Part shown: one piece after another, positions 37,455 to 50,269 of the stretch
How positions within the stretch are numbered: the first letter of the stretch is position 1
Layout: the number at the start of each line of letters is the position of its first letter
From: Chiloscyllium plagiosum
Taxonomy: Eukaryota
Assembly (NCBI RefSeq): GCF_004010195.1
Contig: NC_057718.1
Location: forward strand, 95,916,354-95,980,353
Direction of reading: 5' to 3'
Length of the DNA: 64,000 nt
The notes under the pieces: generated by a model
The model's input: only the letters and a program-made list of their open reading frames with translations
Told to the model about the DNA's origin: nothing
Database searches by the model: none
Position numbers and translations under genes: made by a program

Positions 37455-37792
37455 CATGGCATGGTGGCTCAGTGGTTAGCACTGCTGCCTCACAGCGCCA
37501 GGGATCTGGATTCAATTCCACCCTTGGGCGGCTGTCTGCGCGGAGTTTGCACATTCTCCCCGTGTAGCGTGTGTTTCCTCCAGGTGCTCTGGTTTCCTCC
37601 CACAATCCAAAGATATGCAGGTTAGGTGGATTGGCCAGGCTAAATTGCCCCATTGTGTTCAGGCATGTATAGGTTAGGTGCATTAGTCAGGGGTAAATGT
37701 ACAGCAATAGGGTAGGGGAATGGGTTACTTTCCGGAGAGTCAGTGTGGATTTGTTGGGCCAAATGGCCTGTTTCGCACTGTAGGGATTCTAT
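37455..37792 (+). mobile_element. HE1-type V-SINE
   Basis: Canonical head, V-domain and tail. Confidence 0.93.
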
Positions 37793-40419
37793 GTAACACT
37801 AGGGTATAGTCCAACATTAGACCTGCCCAAGTGTCCTAAAAGCTTGTGATTTCAACTAAACCCTGTAGCACTGTAACCGGATGTGGTGTGACTTCTGACT
37901 TTGTCCATCCCAGCGGCAGCTCCACATCATGCTAACAAACAGACACATCCAGCTAAATATTAAGAAAAGGGAGGTGACTCTGAGAATGGGGTCTTCTGAG
38001 CTCCAATGGGGGAGAAAGGAATTGGTTGACAGCGCACTCACTTCCAGAGCTATATGGTGGAACAATTTTACAAGGTTAATCTGCCTTACATTTATTTCAG
38101 CACATTTCCATTTTAAACTTGCACAAATGAATATCGACTCCAGTGGCGGTCTTGCGCCCATTTTAAAGAGAGGCCTGTGGTGAATGAGGCAAATGGGAAA
38201 CAGTGGCCGACACTTCGAGCAAACTTCGACCCAATATTGGAGCACTTTATAATTTTAGAAATAAAAGCAACACAATGGGCTGCTGTTTACGTTGCAAATA
38301 TTTTGTAAGATGTTCCATAAGCAGCAGTACACCATGCTGGTCAAAGTACAACCAGAATAAATAGTTCTCAAAGTAAAACAGTTTTACGATTATTAAATCC
38401 AGCTGATTCACTGCCTGGAAGCATTTCGAAGACAATATTGGGATCTGCATAAGCGGATGCTCCACATCTTGTTGCAAATTATACAGAATTAATCAGCTTA
38501 AGCCAAACGTTCTTGACAGACGATCTTATTTTCTGTGTTGTTAAACAGACCACTTCACTTGGTATGGTTGACATTTCATATCGTATATCATTTTATAAAA
38601 ATCTACAGCTTAAGTTTCTGTGGCATTTTTTTTTGCACTGAGTGAAAGGAAACAGGCTGTTTATGGGGTTTTAATTATACTCTCTGAAAACATGAGCAGC
38701 AGCAACTCTGCATGTGTCCTGTAACCCACTTGCAACATCCGACTTTTTGAAAATTAAAAGGTGCAGTGCCTTTTTTTTTATTACTGCTTTCTGGTAAAAC
38801 CTGTTTTGCTTTTACAAAAAAATAAGTAAGCATGATAGGATTTAGGAAATATTTGCCACACTGGAGCAAGGCAAACTAATACCACAGCAGGCCCTTGAAG
38901 CTGCCATAATCTCCTTTTGGGAAAATAAACATGACTCTGTGAATTAATGTTACCACCTAATTATGAATGTCATGAATGTCAATAAAAGTTCTCTAATTAG
39001 TTTGTTTTGGTTTTGTGCATGAGCTTGGGAGACTCAAAGAGAGGTGCACAAAATAGGTAACGATTGTAGAATAAGTGGATGTGTTCAATTTTTATGATTT
39101 GAAATGAAACAATTAAATTCAGAACAGCATATAAAGATGACTTAGAGGAACATAGATGAATAACACATCTTTCCCTTTTTTTAACCAATTTTTACAGAGA
39201 TGAGTGTTTACTTTACTTTAATCTGTTGAATAATTAGAAATGATACCTCTCCTGATTACAATTGTTCAATCGCTTGAGGTTCTTTCAGTTTATTTGGTTA
39301 AAAGTGAAAGCTGTGGGATAGATGAGCTAACTATTGAACTCTACAGATAACTTGGGAAGTTAGGAAAAGGTGAAGGGTTGCCTTTGTTAATTCATGATAG
39401 CATTATCACAAAATACACAAGTCCAGGAGTCTTGGACATGGATGGGATTTGGGTGGAGAAGAGACGTTATAAAGGCAAGAATTCACCTGTCAGAATGCTG
39501 TCAGGTCCCCTAAGAGAAACCACAAGGTTTGAGGAAGCATAAAGGATGAAATAATTGGTACTGTCAGAAAGCTGTGCCAATAATCAGAGGGAATTTGAAT
39601 CTATCTACCGCCTGGTATAAAGTCAGATGGGCAAAGATAGCACAGATGAGATGTTTTCGGGATTGTTTCCTGGAATAGCATGTTCTGGAGCCAACCAGAC
39701 AGCAGGGTATACAAATCCTGCTATGTTTCAATGAGATAAGATTAATTAATGACCGCCTAGTGAAGGTGCCACGTCATTGGCTCTGGAGGCTTGGTTGGGC
39801 AAATCTGGAGGCAGTTCTTGATTTTGCAGATGCATTAACATGAACGTCCAAGGGCTGGAGTGGGTAACACCCAAGTTTGAAGTGGAGAGCCCGGCGACCA
39901 GTGGAGTGTCCCGGGTGAAGACTTCTGAGGAACATGTGTTTGTGACTCCCCCTCCTTGGGTGCCTCCTAGCACCACTTTTCATAGTGAGGGATTTCAATA
40001 CTTGAGCAGGGAAGTCATTCTGCAATTATACAGGGCATTGCTAAAACCAGGTAGAGCCAATCATCATATGATTGAACTCTACAGTTCATTTGTGGGAGAT
40101 AAGAATGAGTCAGAGTATTTTTTAACCCCATAGGGCACTTATGGGGTCATGAAAGCAGAAAGTGAAGTGACAAATAAGGAATACATGAATAGAGATGCAG
40201 TGGCAGGCATTTATAGGGATATTTCAGGGTACACAGAATAGATATATTACAACATGAAATAAAAAAGACTCCAAAGAAAGGACTGATCATTCAGTTATTC
40301 AAAAATGTTAAAGATAGCATCAAGCTTAAAGAGAAAGCATGAATTTGTGCTAGTTTGGGTGAACAGGTCAGAGGAAGACACAAAATATAGAATGTAGCAG
40401 ATACAAATAAAAAAACTAT

Positions 40420-40715
40420 TTGATTAGATTACTTACAGTGTGGAAACAGGCCCTTCGGCCCAACAAGTCCACACCTACCCTCCGAAGAACAATCCACCCA
40501 GAACTATTCCCCTACATTTACCCCTTCACCTAACACTACAGGCAATGTAGCATGGCCAATTCACCTGACCTGCACATTTTTGGACTGTGGGAGGAAACCA
40601 ACGCAGACATGGGAAGAATGTGTAAACTCCACACAGGCAGTTGCCTGGGACGGGAATTGAACCCAGGTCTCTGGCGTTGTGAGGCAGCAGTGCTAACCAC
40701 TGTACCACCATGCAG
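40420..40715 (-). mobile_element. HE1-type V-SINE
   Basis: Reverse-complement canonical sequence. Confidence 0.93.
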
Positions 40716-41534
40716 CCCTTTGGGAGGGAAAAATTGAGTGAGAGAGAACAAAACTATTTTTATGACTTTTTAAAGTTGATTTTCAAAATAAAATAGCCAA
40801 CAAAATGAGCATGTCTTTTTTTTTACAGGAAATAAGTTTAGAAAATTAATAATGGAAAATAAGGGCATGTCAGATGAATTGAAAGGTACTGGAAGATTTG
40901 AGTGACAAGGAGAGGCAGGATAGGCTAAGGCCTATCCTGGGGCATAGGAGATTGAGGGATAAGCTTATAGAATTTTATAAAATCATGAGGCGCATAGATA
41001 AGGTGAATAACAAAGGTCTTTTCCCTCGGGTAGGGGAGTTCAAAACTGGAGGGCATAATTTTTATTGTGAGAGGATAAAGATTTGAAAGGGACCTCAAGG
41101 GCAACCTTTTCACACAGAAGGTGGTTCAGATGTGGAATGAGCTGCCAGAGAAAGTGGTAGATGCAAGTACAGTTACAACATTTAAAAGATTTGGTCAGAT
41201 CCATGAATAGGAAAGGTTTAGAGGGATATGGGCTAAATACAAGCAAATAGGACGAGTTTAGATTTGGAAATTTGGTTGTCATGGACGAGTTGGACTGAAG
41301 AGTCCGGTTCCCTGCTGAATGACTTTATGACTCTTTAACAGGTATTTTCAATGGTTGTCATGATAGAAGGAAACAAATAACATCCCAGCAATTGCTGTAA
41401 ATCAGAAAATGGAGAACAGGGAGGAACTCAGGAAAATTGTTCACCAGAAAAGTGTCACTCAGTAAATTCTTGGAGCTATGGCTGAACCAATCTTGGATCC
41501 TGATGGACCTCACCCGTGAATCTTAAACTAAGTG

Positions 41535-41890
41535 GACACTCTGGAGGCAGGAAACATGTTTCCGCTGATGGGTGAGTCCCGAACCAGAGGACACAGCTTA
41601 AAAATACAGGGTAGACCATTTAGGACAGAGATGAGTAGAAACTTCTTCACCCAGAGAGTGGTGACTGTATGGAATGCTCTGCCCCAGAAGGCAGTGGAGG
41701 CCCAGTCTCTGGATTCATTTAAGAAAGAGTTGGATAGAGCTCTCAAGGATAGTGGAATCAAGGGTTATGGAGATAAGGCAGGAACAGGATACTGATTGAG
41801 GAAGATCAGCCATGATCATAATGAATGGTGGTGCAGGCTCGAAGGGCAGAATGGCCTATTCCTGCACCCATTGTCTATTGTCTATTGTCT
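41535..41890 (+). mobile_element. Young CR1 3' fragment
   Basis: Open frame MFPLMGESRTRGHSLKIQGRPFRTEMSRNFFTQRVVTVWNALPQKAVEA; (attgtct)n tail. Confidence 0.92.
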
Positions 41891-42434
41891 AAGTGGCTTA
41901 TCAGATAGCTAATGTATTGGTTTTAATTTTGCAAAATTTCTGAGATTCCCATTTGATTGAAATTGTGAATGTAACTCCTTTGTTCATAAAGGGAGGGAGA
42001 CAGAAAGCAAGAAACTACAGGCCAGTTAGCTTAACATCTGTCATAGGGAAGATGTTAGCAGCTATTATTAAAGAAGTTACAGCAGAAGACCGAGACAAGC
42101 TCAAGATAATCTGGCAGAGTCAACATGGTTTATTGTAAAGGAAATCATGTTAAGTCTAGTTATTAGAGTTATTTTAGGAAGTAACATTATGGATTAAGGG
42201 GAACTGATAGAAGTACTGTATTTAAATGGAAGGTACTTAAAAAGGTGCCACATCAAAGGTCATGGTGGAGAATAGAAGCACTGGTGAAGACTGACAGAAG
42301 ATTAGCTAACTACAAGGAAACAGTGAGTCAGCTTAAATTGATCATTTTTTGGTTGACAAGATGTAACAAGTGGTGAGCCGCAGGGATCAATCTTTACGCA
42401 GAAAGAATTGAGGGTGAATTAAGAGAGAAAATCA

Positions 42435-42526
42435 CTGCTCCTCGGATGCTGCTGGAACTGCTGTGCTTTTGCAGCACCACTCTAATCTAGACTCTGGTTT
42501 CCAGCATCTTCTGTCCTTGATTTTAC
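42435..42526 (+). mobile_element. Family A Penelope mini-element 3' end
   Basis: 11-bp TSD agagaaaatca at 42424-42434 and 42527-42537. Confidence 0.8.
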
Positions 42527-42844
42527 AGAGAAAATCAGAAGTAAAAGCTTCAACAAATCAATTTGTTTCCTGAGGCACCTTGTTGTGTTATACTGCGATA
42601 GCCTGTAGAAAATTCAGCTGTGTTCATTGCAAGCTGCAAAATTGATTGTAAATAGAGGGCTACTTTATTCATGTACATGGCAAGTAAAGTGGGACATTGT
42701 AGATCTTTCACCCTTTACTATAAAATTTTTGATTATATATGAATTTGCAGTAAATTCCTTTAATTGTATGGTAGAGTGTCCAATATTAACATTTGCCCAA
42801 GCTGAACTGAACTGATTTGAATTGAATTAGCAAAAAAAAACGCA

Positions 42845-43050
42845 TAACTGTGGATGTTGTAAATCAGGGACAAAAGTAGAAATTGCTGGAAACGTTCAGC
42901 AGGTCTGGCAGCATCTGTGGAGAGAAATCAGAGTCAATGTTTCAGGTCGACTGAGGGAGTGTTTTGAGGAAGAGTAATTTGACCTGAAACGTTAACTCTG
43001 ATTTCTCTCCACAGGTGCTGAGCTTTTCCAGCAATTTCGATTTTTGTCTT
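42845..43050. mobile_element. Old Penelope-derived fold-back element (family C)
   Basis: tgtggagagaaatcagagtcaatgtttcaggtc ... gacctgaaacgttaactctgatttctctccaca inverted arms with decayed hammerhead core. Confidence 0.8.
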
Positions 43051-43849
43051 TAGCTTTATTGTCACATGTACTCACATGAGTACAGGGAAAGTTTGAAAGT
43101 AGACACTTAGAGCACCATCTTAGGTATAAAGTAAAGATTCTTGAGAACAAATTCTCAGGAAAAGAATTGGAAAAATAAGGAAATAAAAAGCCCAGCATTA
43201 TAGACCTTCAATAGTACAAAATCATAGTAATTAAATTGGATAAATAAAGAAATTAAAAGTTCTGAATCATAGTGCTTACATGACAATGTAATGAAAAAAA
43301 CAAGGAATTAAAAGAGAGAGGATTTAAGACAATGTCCATTTAGTCCAATTCACAGCTCTGGGCCGGAGGACCCAACCTCCCCTTTAGTGGAGGTGAATGG
43401 TCAAACGATGCTGGGGACACTCCTTCAGGATTGAGGGCTCCAACAGAATCTGTTCCTGGCCACCACTCAGGATGGTTCAGTGAGTGGACTGTCAGGTCAT
43501 CCATAAGTGAGGCACCAAAGATAAGATCTCCTAATCCTTTGGCTGACGAGGTTCCTAAGATGCCACAGATGTCAGTCATTCATTAATTTTATTTATTCTA
43601 CATGATATCAAGATATGGTTGGATGCAGTGCACGCATGAAAATCTGTGAGTCCCCACAGTATCTTGGTTGGAGGGTTTTGTGCTCAGATTGACTGCACCT
43701 TTTGGCACTGTTTGGAATGTGGCACCAGAAGGGCAATAAAACCCCCGTTAATGGGGATGGGAGAGCGATCGTGGTGAAGGCTCCCTTGTTGTTTGAGTCA
43801 CAGCTTAGCAGAAATTGTTGAAGGCTGATCATCTCAACTCCAGCATTTC

Positions 43850-44400
43850 ACAGAATCATTGAATTGTTATGACACAGAAGGGGGCCTTTTGGCTCATCAT
43901 GCCGGCATTGGATCTATTACCTAGTGCCAATCTCCTTCCTTTCCAACATGTCCCTGCATGCCATTTCTGTCTGAATAATCATCCAAAGCCCTCTCAAGTG
44001 CTTGAATTGGCCCGAGCTCCACCACATTTCCAGGAGGTGCATTCAACATTCTAACTGCAGCCTGTGTACTAAGTGTTTCCTCCCATCATCTTTGCTTCAT
44101 TTGGACATCATTTCAAATCTCTGTCCTCTCTTTCCCATTCCTTCCACAAGAGTGAACAGCTTCTCCATACCTATTCTGTCCAGCCAGTCCTGATTTAGAA
44201 AGGCTTCATCAAGTCTTCCCTCAGTCCTCTTCTCCCCAACGTGAGCAGTCTTCTTCAACCTATCCTCATTACTGAAGCTTTTCATTTCTGGAGCCATTCT
44301 TGCAAATCGCGCTCTCTCCAATGCATTCATGTCTTTCCTACAGTCTGGTCATAGCGTGGTGTCCAAAACTACACACAATACCACAAGGGTTCCTGTTAAC
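43850..44400 (-). mobile_element. Degenerate CR1 3' fragment
   Basis: MNALERARFARMAPEMKSFSNEDRLKK...EKLFTLVEG..KRGQRF. Confidence 0.75.
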
Positions 44401-44862
44401 AGTATCCCAGGTGCAATTTATCCATCGCTGCTCCATCAGTTCTTGTGCCTCCACCCTTGAGTCACATTCAGAATGGGGATGGAATGGTTTCCTATTGTCT
44501 CTGGGTGCTCCATTGAAATAGCACTGAAGAATTTCAGTACCACCCATTCTGTAGCAGTCCACTTCATTGGCACTTCATCCAAGAACATAAAGATTCATAT
44601 GCACCATAACTGGTCTCATGTGGCTATGGTTTTTATTTGCCAGGAAGACAATGGCACAGTGACAATCTAACTATATTAGTAATCCCCAGGTCCAAGCTAA
44701 TCAAGTGGGGTCACAGGTTCAAGTCTCACCTTTTATACTTTAAATTAATAATTTCAAAAATCAGGAATTGAAAACTAGCCTCAGTAATGGTGACCATGAA
44801 ATAAACAGCAAAGTTAGGCAGCGTTACTACTTTTCCATCTGTTAACCACAACAGTTAGATAT

Positions 44863-45165
44863 GGGCGGCATGGTGGCACAGTGGTTAGCACTGCTGCCTC
44901 ATAGCACCAGAGACCTGTGTTCAATTCCCGGCTCAGGCGACTCTCTGTGTGGAGTTTGCGCATTCTCCCTGTTTCTGCGTTGGTTTCCTCCGAGTGCTCC
45001 GGTTTCCTCCCACAGTCCAAAGATGTGCAGGTTGGGGGAATTGGCCATGCTAAATTGCCCGTAGTGTTAGGTGAAGGGGTAAATGTAGGGGAATGGGTCT
45101 GGGTGGGTTGTGCTTCGGAGGGTCGGTGTGGACTTGTAGGGCCGAAGGGCCTGTTTCCACACTGT
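44863..45165 (+). mobile_element. HE1-type V-SINE nested in a family B SINE (~44650-45260)
   Basis: Canonical HE1; family B head lies upstream and its body resumes at 45166. Confidence 0.9.
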
Positions 45166-45629
45166 AAGCCTAGCCTGCATGTGACTCCAGACCCACAGCA
45201 ACGTGGGTGGCTCTTAACCGTCCTCTGATATGGCCCTGGCAAGTCACTCAAGGGCATTTACTGATCAAATGTAGGAGTAGATCATTTATCCTTTGAACCT
45301 GCTTAGCCATTCAATAAAATCATTCCTTTTCCATACCCTTATCCAGCTTTCACCCCTACCTTTTAGACTTATATTTATCTCCTTGAAAGCTTTCAATGTT
45401 TTGGCCTCAGCCACTTTCTGTGGTGGAGAATTCCACAGGCTTACTACTCTCTGGGTGAAGACATTTCTCCTCATCCCTGTCCTAAATAGCCCACCCTGTA
45501 CCCATAAAACGTGTCACATGCTTCTGAAATCTCTGGATATCAGGAACATCCTTCCCAAGTTTACCCTGTGTATTTTTTTGAGAACTTTACAGGTTTAGTT
45601 CAGATTCACCCCCTCATCCTTCTTAGAAT

Positions 45630-46250
45630 GGGCAGCCATTACCTGCTGTATCCTGATTTGTGGCATCTGTTGCTCCTGAGTGGTCTCCTCTACATTGGAG
45701 AGACTGAATGCAGACTCAGGGACCAGTTCAGGGAACATCTATGATCCGCACGTTCCAACCAACCCCACCTTCCAGCTGCTAACCGTTTCAACTCCCCGTT
45801 CCACTCCCCCAACAACATGTCCATTCTGGGCCTCCTCCATCATCAACACAAGGCCACACTCAAGCTTGGAGAAAAACACCTCATCTTCCGCCTCGAAGGC
45901 TTGCGACCATATGGCCTCAACATAGAATTCACCAGCTTTCACATCTCCCCAACCCCCACCTCATCCCAGGCCTAGCCCTCCCTATCCATCCAACCCCCTT
46001 TACCTAGCCTTTCCTTTCTAACTACCCGCTTCACCCTTCCCACTGACCAATCACAGCCACCTCCTGCCTGCATCGACCTATCACCATCCCAGCTACCTAT
46101 TCCCCCAGCTCCACTCCCCACCCTCTGTTTATTTGGCAGCTGCCCCCTCCCCCTCCCTCAGTCCTGATGAAAGGTTCCGACCTGAAATGTTGACTCCCGT
46201 TCTCCTCTGATGCTGCTTGATCTGCTGTGCTGTTTCCAGCTCCACACTTT
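45630..46250 (+). mobile_element. Penelope-like element 3' fragment: GIY-YIG endonuclease remnant, 3' UTR and hammerhead
   Basis: GLLYIGETECRLRDQFREHL*...PAANRFNSPFHSPNNMSILGLLHH..KATLKLGEKHLIFRLEGLRPYGLNIEF; C-rich UTR; tail gatgctgcttgatctgctgtgctgtttccagc shared with family A. Confidence 0.9.
46160..46195 (+). ncRNA. Minimal type I hammerhead ribozyme motif in the Penelope 3' UTR
   Basis: AGUC-CUGAUGA-A-AGGU-UCCG-ACCU-GAAA-UGUU-GACU; stem I AGUC/GACU, stem II AGGU/ACCU; stem III probably CpG-decayed from CGUC or CGUU. Confidence 0.75.
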
Positions 46251-46287
46251 ATCAGCCATTACTGACCTGGTCAATTACTCCCACATG

Positions 46288-46603
46288 TCCGGCACGATGG
46301 CTCAGTGGTCAGCACTGCTGCATCACAGCGCCAGGGACCCAGGTTCGATGCCAATCTCCTGCGATTGTCTGTGTATGTTTCCTCCGGGTGCTCTGGTTAC
46401 CTCCCACAATCCAAAGGTGTGCAGGTTAGGGTGGTTTGGCCATGCTAAATTGCCCATAATGTTCAGGAATGTGCAGGTTAGGTACATAAGTCAGGGCTAA
46501 ATGTAGAGCAATAGGGTAGGGGAATGGGTCTGGGTGGGATCAGAGGGTCTGTGTGCACTTGTTGGGTCAAATGGGCTATTTCCACACTGTAGGAATTCTA
46601 TGA
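46288..46603 (+). mobile_element. HE1-type V-SINE (diverged)
   Basis: Head, partial V-domain and tail. Confidence 0.88.
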
Positions 46604-46614
46604 TCCCATGGAAG

Positions 46615-47700
46615 AATAGAAAACTAGCCATTTGGATACATGAATGACTCAAAGGTAGAAGACAGAGGATGGTGGTGGAGGATTGTTTTTCAGACTGAAG
46701 TCCTGTGACCAATGGAGTTCCACAAGGATTGGTGCTGGGTCCACTACTTTTCATCATTTATATAAATGATTTGGATGTGAGCATAAGAGGTATATTTAGT
46801 AAGTTTGTAGATAACATCAAAAGTGGAGGTGTAGTGGACAGCAAAGAAGGTTACCTCAGATTACAATGGGATCTTGATCAGATGGGCCAATGGACTGAGA
46901 GGTGTCAAATGGAGTTTAATTTAGATAAATGCGAGGTGCTGCATTTTGGGAAAGCAAATCTTAGCAAGACTTAATGGTAAGGTCCTAGGGAGTGTTGCTG
47001 AACAAAGAGACCTTGGAGTGCAGGTTCATAGCTCCTTGAAAGTAGAGTCGCAGGTAGATAGGATAGTGAAGAAGGTGTTTGGTATGCTTTCCTTTATTGG
47101 TCAAGTATTGAATAGAGGAGTTGGGAGGTCATGTTGTGGCTGTAAAGGACATTGGTTAGGCCACTGTTGGAAAATTGTGTGCAATTCTGGTCTTCTTCCT
47201 AGTGAAAGGATGTTGTGAAACTTGGAAGGGTTGAGAAAAGATTTACAAGGAGGTTTTGAGCTATAGGGAGAGGCTGAATAGGTTGGGGCAGTTTTCCCTG
47301 GAATATCAGAGGCTGAGGGGTGACCTTATAGAGGTTAACAAAATCATGAGGGGCATGGATAGGATAAATAGACAACGTCTCTTCTCTGGTGTGGGGAGTC
47401 CAGAACCATAGAGCAAAGATTTAGGGTGGGAGGGGAAAAATATAGAAGTGGCCTAAGGGGCAACTTTTTCATGCAGAGGGTGGTACATGTATGGAATGAG
47501 CTCCCTGAGGAAGTGGTTGAAGTTAATACAAATGCAACATTTAAAAGGCATTTGGATGGGTATATGAATAGGAAGGGTTTGGAGGGATATCGGCTGGGTG
47601 CTGGCAGGTGGGACTAGATTGGGTTGGGATATCTGGTCGGCATCTGGTTGGACCGAAGGGTCTGTTTCCATGCTGTACATCTCTATGACTCTATGACTCG
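46615..47700 (+). mobile_element. 5'-truncated CR1 LINE (RT C-terminal half and 3' UTR)
   Basis: TNGVPQGLVLGPLLFIIYINDLD...SKFVDN.K, WQMEFN-like QMEFNLDKCEVLHFG, QRDLGVQVHSSLKV, FFMQRVVHVWNELPEE; (ctatgact)n tail. Confidence 0.95.
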
Positions 47701-47949
47701 ATAATAGGGTTTGACAAAAAGTACCCACAGGAGCCCATGGAGGGTTCATCAGTGGCATGTTGTAAATGGGAGAACTCGACTACGTGGAAGGATACAGACA
47801 GCAGAGGCATGGAAACACCCCAGCCACCTCCAAATGCATATTAAGAAGGTAGCCTGCATCCTAACTTGCTCTTATCTTAAAGGTAAGTGGAAGGTGTTGC
47901 GTCCCAGTTGCAATTCAATTGGCCAAGCTTCTTGACATTAAGTAAAACA

Positions 47950-49066
47950 CACTTTGTTCATACACTGTCAGTCAAGTACAACAAAAGAAAAAAAAATTTA
48001 AAAAAAGAATTTGCTTAGCCGTAACTCTGTCGAAATGCTTAACAAAATAATATACACAGTAGCTATTACTAATTAACTGCTCCAGTATAGTAACAGCCCA
48101 TAAACACACCCTTGACAAAGGCAAATTCAGCAAGCTGGTTGTCTCAACTGTATCTCCAGCTGTAGGAAGACAATCAAGAGAAAACTCATGAGAAAGTGTA
48201 CCAGAAAAAGACATACTGTAGCTTCCAAATTCTGCTGAGACCACAGCAATGGCTGCTACTGCTGAAAAACTAAACTAAAAGTCCTGATTCTGTGGGAGCA
48301 TGACCACACCCATTCAGGCTGCTTATATTGTTCCAATTTTTAAAAGACCCTAAGGCCTCACAAGCTGTTTACTTTATGAGTTTTCAATAGACAACTCTGT
48401 ACCTCTGCCTTAACATCTTTTAGGGACCAGGCCCGATCTCTCAAAACATTTTTAAGCCTGCCATTCGGACCGCAACCTTGCTATTTGTTTTGGATAAGTG
48501 TATCGTGGATATTCCTGGAGTGAATCAGCTGGACCGACTGCCAAGTTTTAAACAAACAGAATTTATTTACAAAATTACAGAATGGAACAGGAAGAACAGA
48601 AAAAAGAACACTGGATAACTCATCCTATCCAACCCGACAAACTACCCTGACTTAATGATGCTATTCTGAAAATACTTTTAACAATCCCAATAAACACATC
48701 CCTTAACACAAAGAGTAAAAATGAAACAAAGAGCTTATAGGTTATGAAGTCAGAAGAGCAGCCTTGGTCACACATCCCCTGCAGCTAGCTCTAATCCAAA
48801 TGAAGGCTACCTACAGAGCTAGCTGGCCGGTCCCCTTTGATTATACCTTTTTTTTAAAAGCATGGAAATCTTAGGTTGGAGACATTAACTGTTAGGGGTA
48901 AACAAAAAGTCCCCAATGAACCATTCAAACTTCAGCCATGATGGAACTTCGGGTCATTTAGAACCTCCTTGGAAAAGACCTAACGTTGTCAAAGGAATAG
49001 GTTCATCACACACCTTTCTTCAAACCAGGAGAAAATGCACCTCTTAAAACCATAGTATTGCCACAA
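47950..49066 (-). mobile_element. LTR remnant with a second LTR (~48421-49010) nested inside
   Basis: 48421-48700 is reverse-complement homologous to the LTR at 35890-36170; minus-strand TG starts at 49010 (tgtgatgaacc) and 49066 (tgtggcaatac). Confidence 0.6.
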
Positions 49067-49661
49067 TGCTGTGCTGCTCAGATCCGAAATATCAATAAAC
49101 CAGACAGTCTTCATCCTGTCTGCCTTTGTCCTTTTGATTATACGTGAACACTTTCTACAAACTGTGACTTGCCTCCACACACCAAATTTTGGAACTCAGA
49201 ATGTCACCAGCTCCACATCAAATGCAAAACACTGGACGTATTTGGAAGCTGAAGTTAAGCAGAAAGCGCTCAGCAGTTCTGGCAGCGTCTGTGGGGAGAG
49301 AGAAATAGTTAATGCTGAGAGAAACAGCCAGTGATTGAACCAGAATTGGAAGGAGTTAGGTACTTCTCAGCTCACAAGTATTTCGGGTAAAATGGGCTAA
49401 GGTAAGGAGAGATGAGGGGAAGAAATAAATCGAGGAAAATCTCTTCTCGGATGGAGAGCAGGAGAGATTAAATGACAAAAAGGGGCGATGGTGTTACTAA
49501 AGCAAAAGTTGGTGGTAATGAAACTATCAAGGAAACATAAATCTACAGGAGGTCTAACAAATATCAGCAAAGCCATTAGGAATATGATGGACTGTATGAA
49601 GAGATGCAACATCTCACTGGAGTGACCTCGGTCTAATTTTAAATTATTCTCGACTCTTTAA

Positions 49662-49958
49662 GGGCAGCACAGAGGCTCAGTGGTAAGCACTGCTGCCTCA
49701 CGGTGCCAGGGACTCGCGTTAGATTCCAGCCTCGGGAAACTGTCTGTGTGGAGTACGCATGTTCTCCCCGTGTCCACATGGATTTCCTCCCACAGTCCAG
49801 AGATGTGCAGGTTAGGTGGATTGGCCATGCTAAATTATCCAGGGTGTGCAGGTTAGGTGGATTAGCCATTTGGAAATGAGGGGTGGGATGCTCTTCAGAG
49901 GGTCGGTGTGGACTCGATGGGCTGAACGTCCTGCTTTCACACAGCAGGGATTCTATGA
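49662..49958 (+). mobile_element. HE1-type V-SINE (diverged, internal duplication)
   Basis: Head and tail present; gtgcaggttaggtggatt.gccat duplicated. Confidence 0.88.
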
Positions 49959-50269
49959 TCCTTGCCAAAGGAAGCAATTTTCCTCGATAACTTCTTGTTG
50001 CTTCTCGGGGTCCACTCTGCTGGTCTACACATGCCTTGGAGGACCACTTTGAAGGCAGGGCTGTTGAAAATGCAACATCTTACTCATGTTCCTTCTACTG
50101 CAAAACCAGAACCCAGTTTTTGAATGTGGCTGCTTTTAAATATCAGCAGCAGCCTCTCAAAAATTATAGCCCTATCAGGTGACACTCTGAAGGAAATTCC
50201 TGCATGTAGGTCAGTATATTAAGAGATCCTATTGTATACATATAATATAAATTCAAGCATTTCTGTCTA

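Larger units (their letters stand above)
39240..42400 (+). mobile_element. Old fragmented CR1 ORF2 with younger nested insertions
   Basis: Degenerate APE and RT pieces, e.g. NVTPLFIKGGRQKARNYRPVSLTSVIGKML...SQHG (41960-42135); contains an HE1 SINE (40420-40715) and CR1 tails (40890-41335, 41535-41890). Confidence 0.7.

Noticed and set aside
39769..39982. GC-richer insert with ORF MNVQGLEWVTPKFEVESP…
   Set aside because: Embedded in CR1 debris and running into a CR1 fragment; no homology recognised
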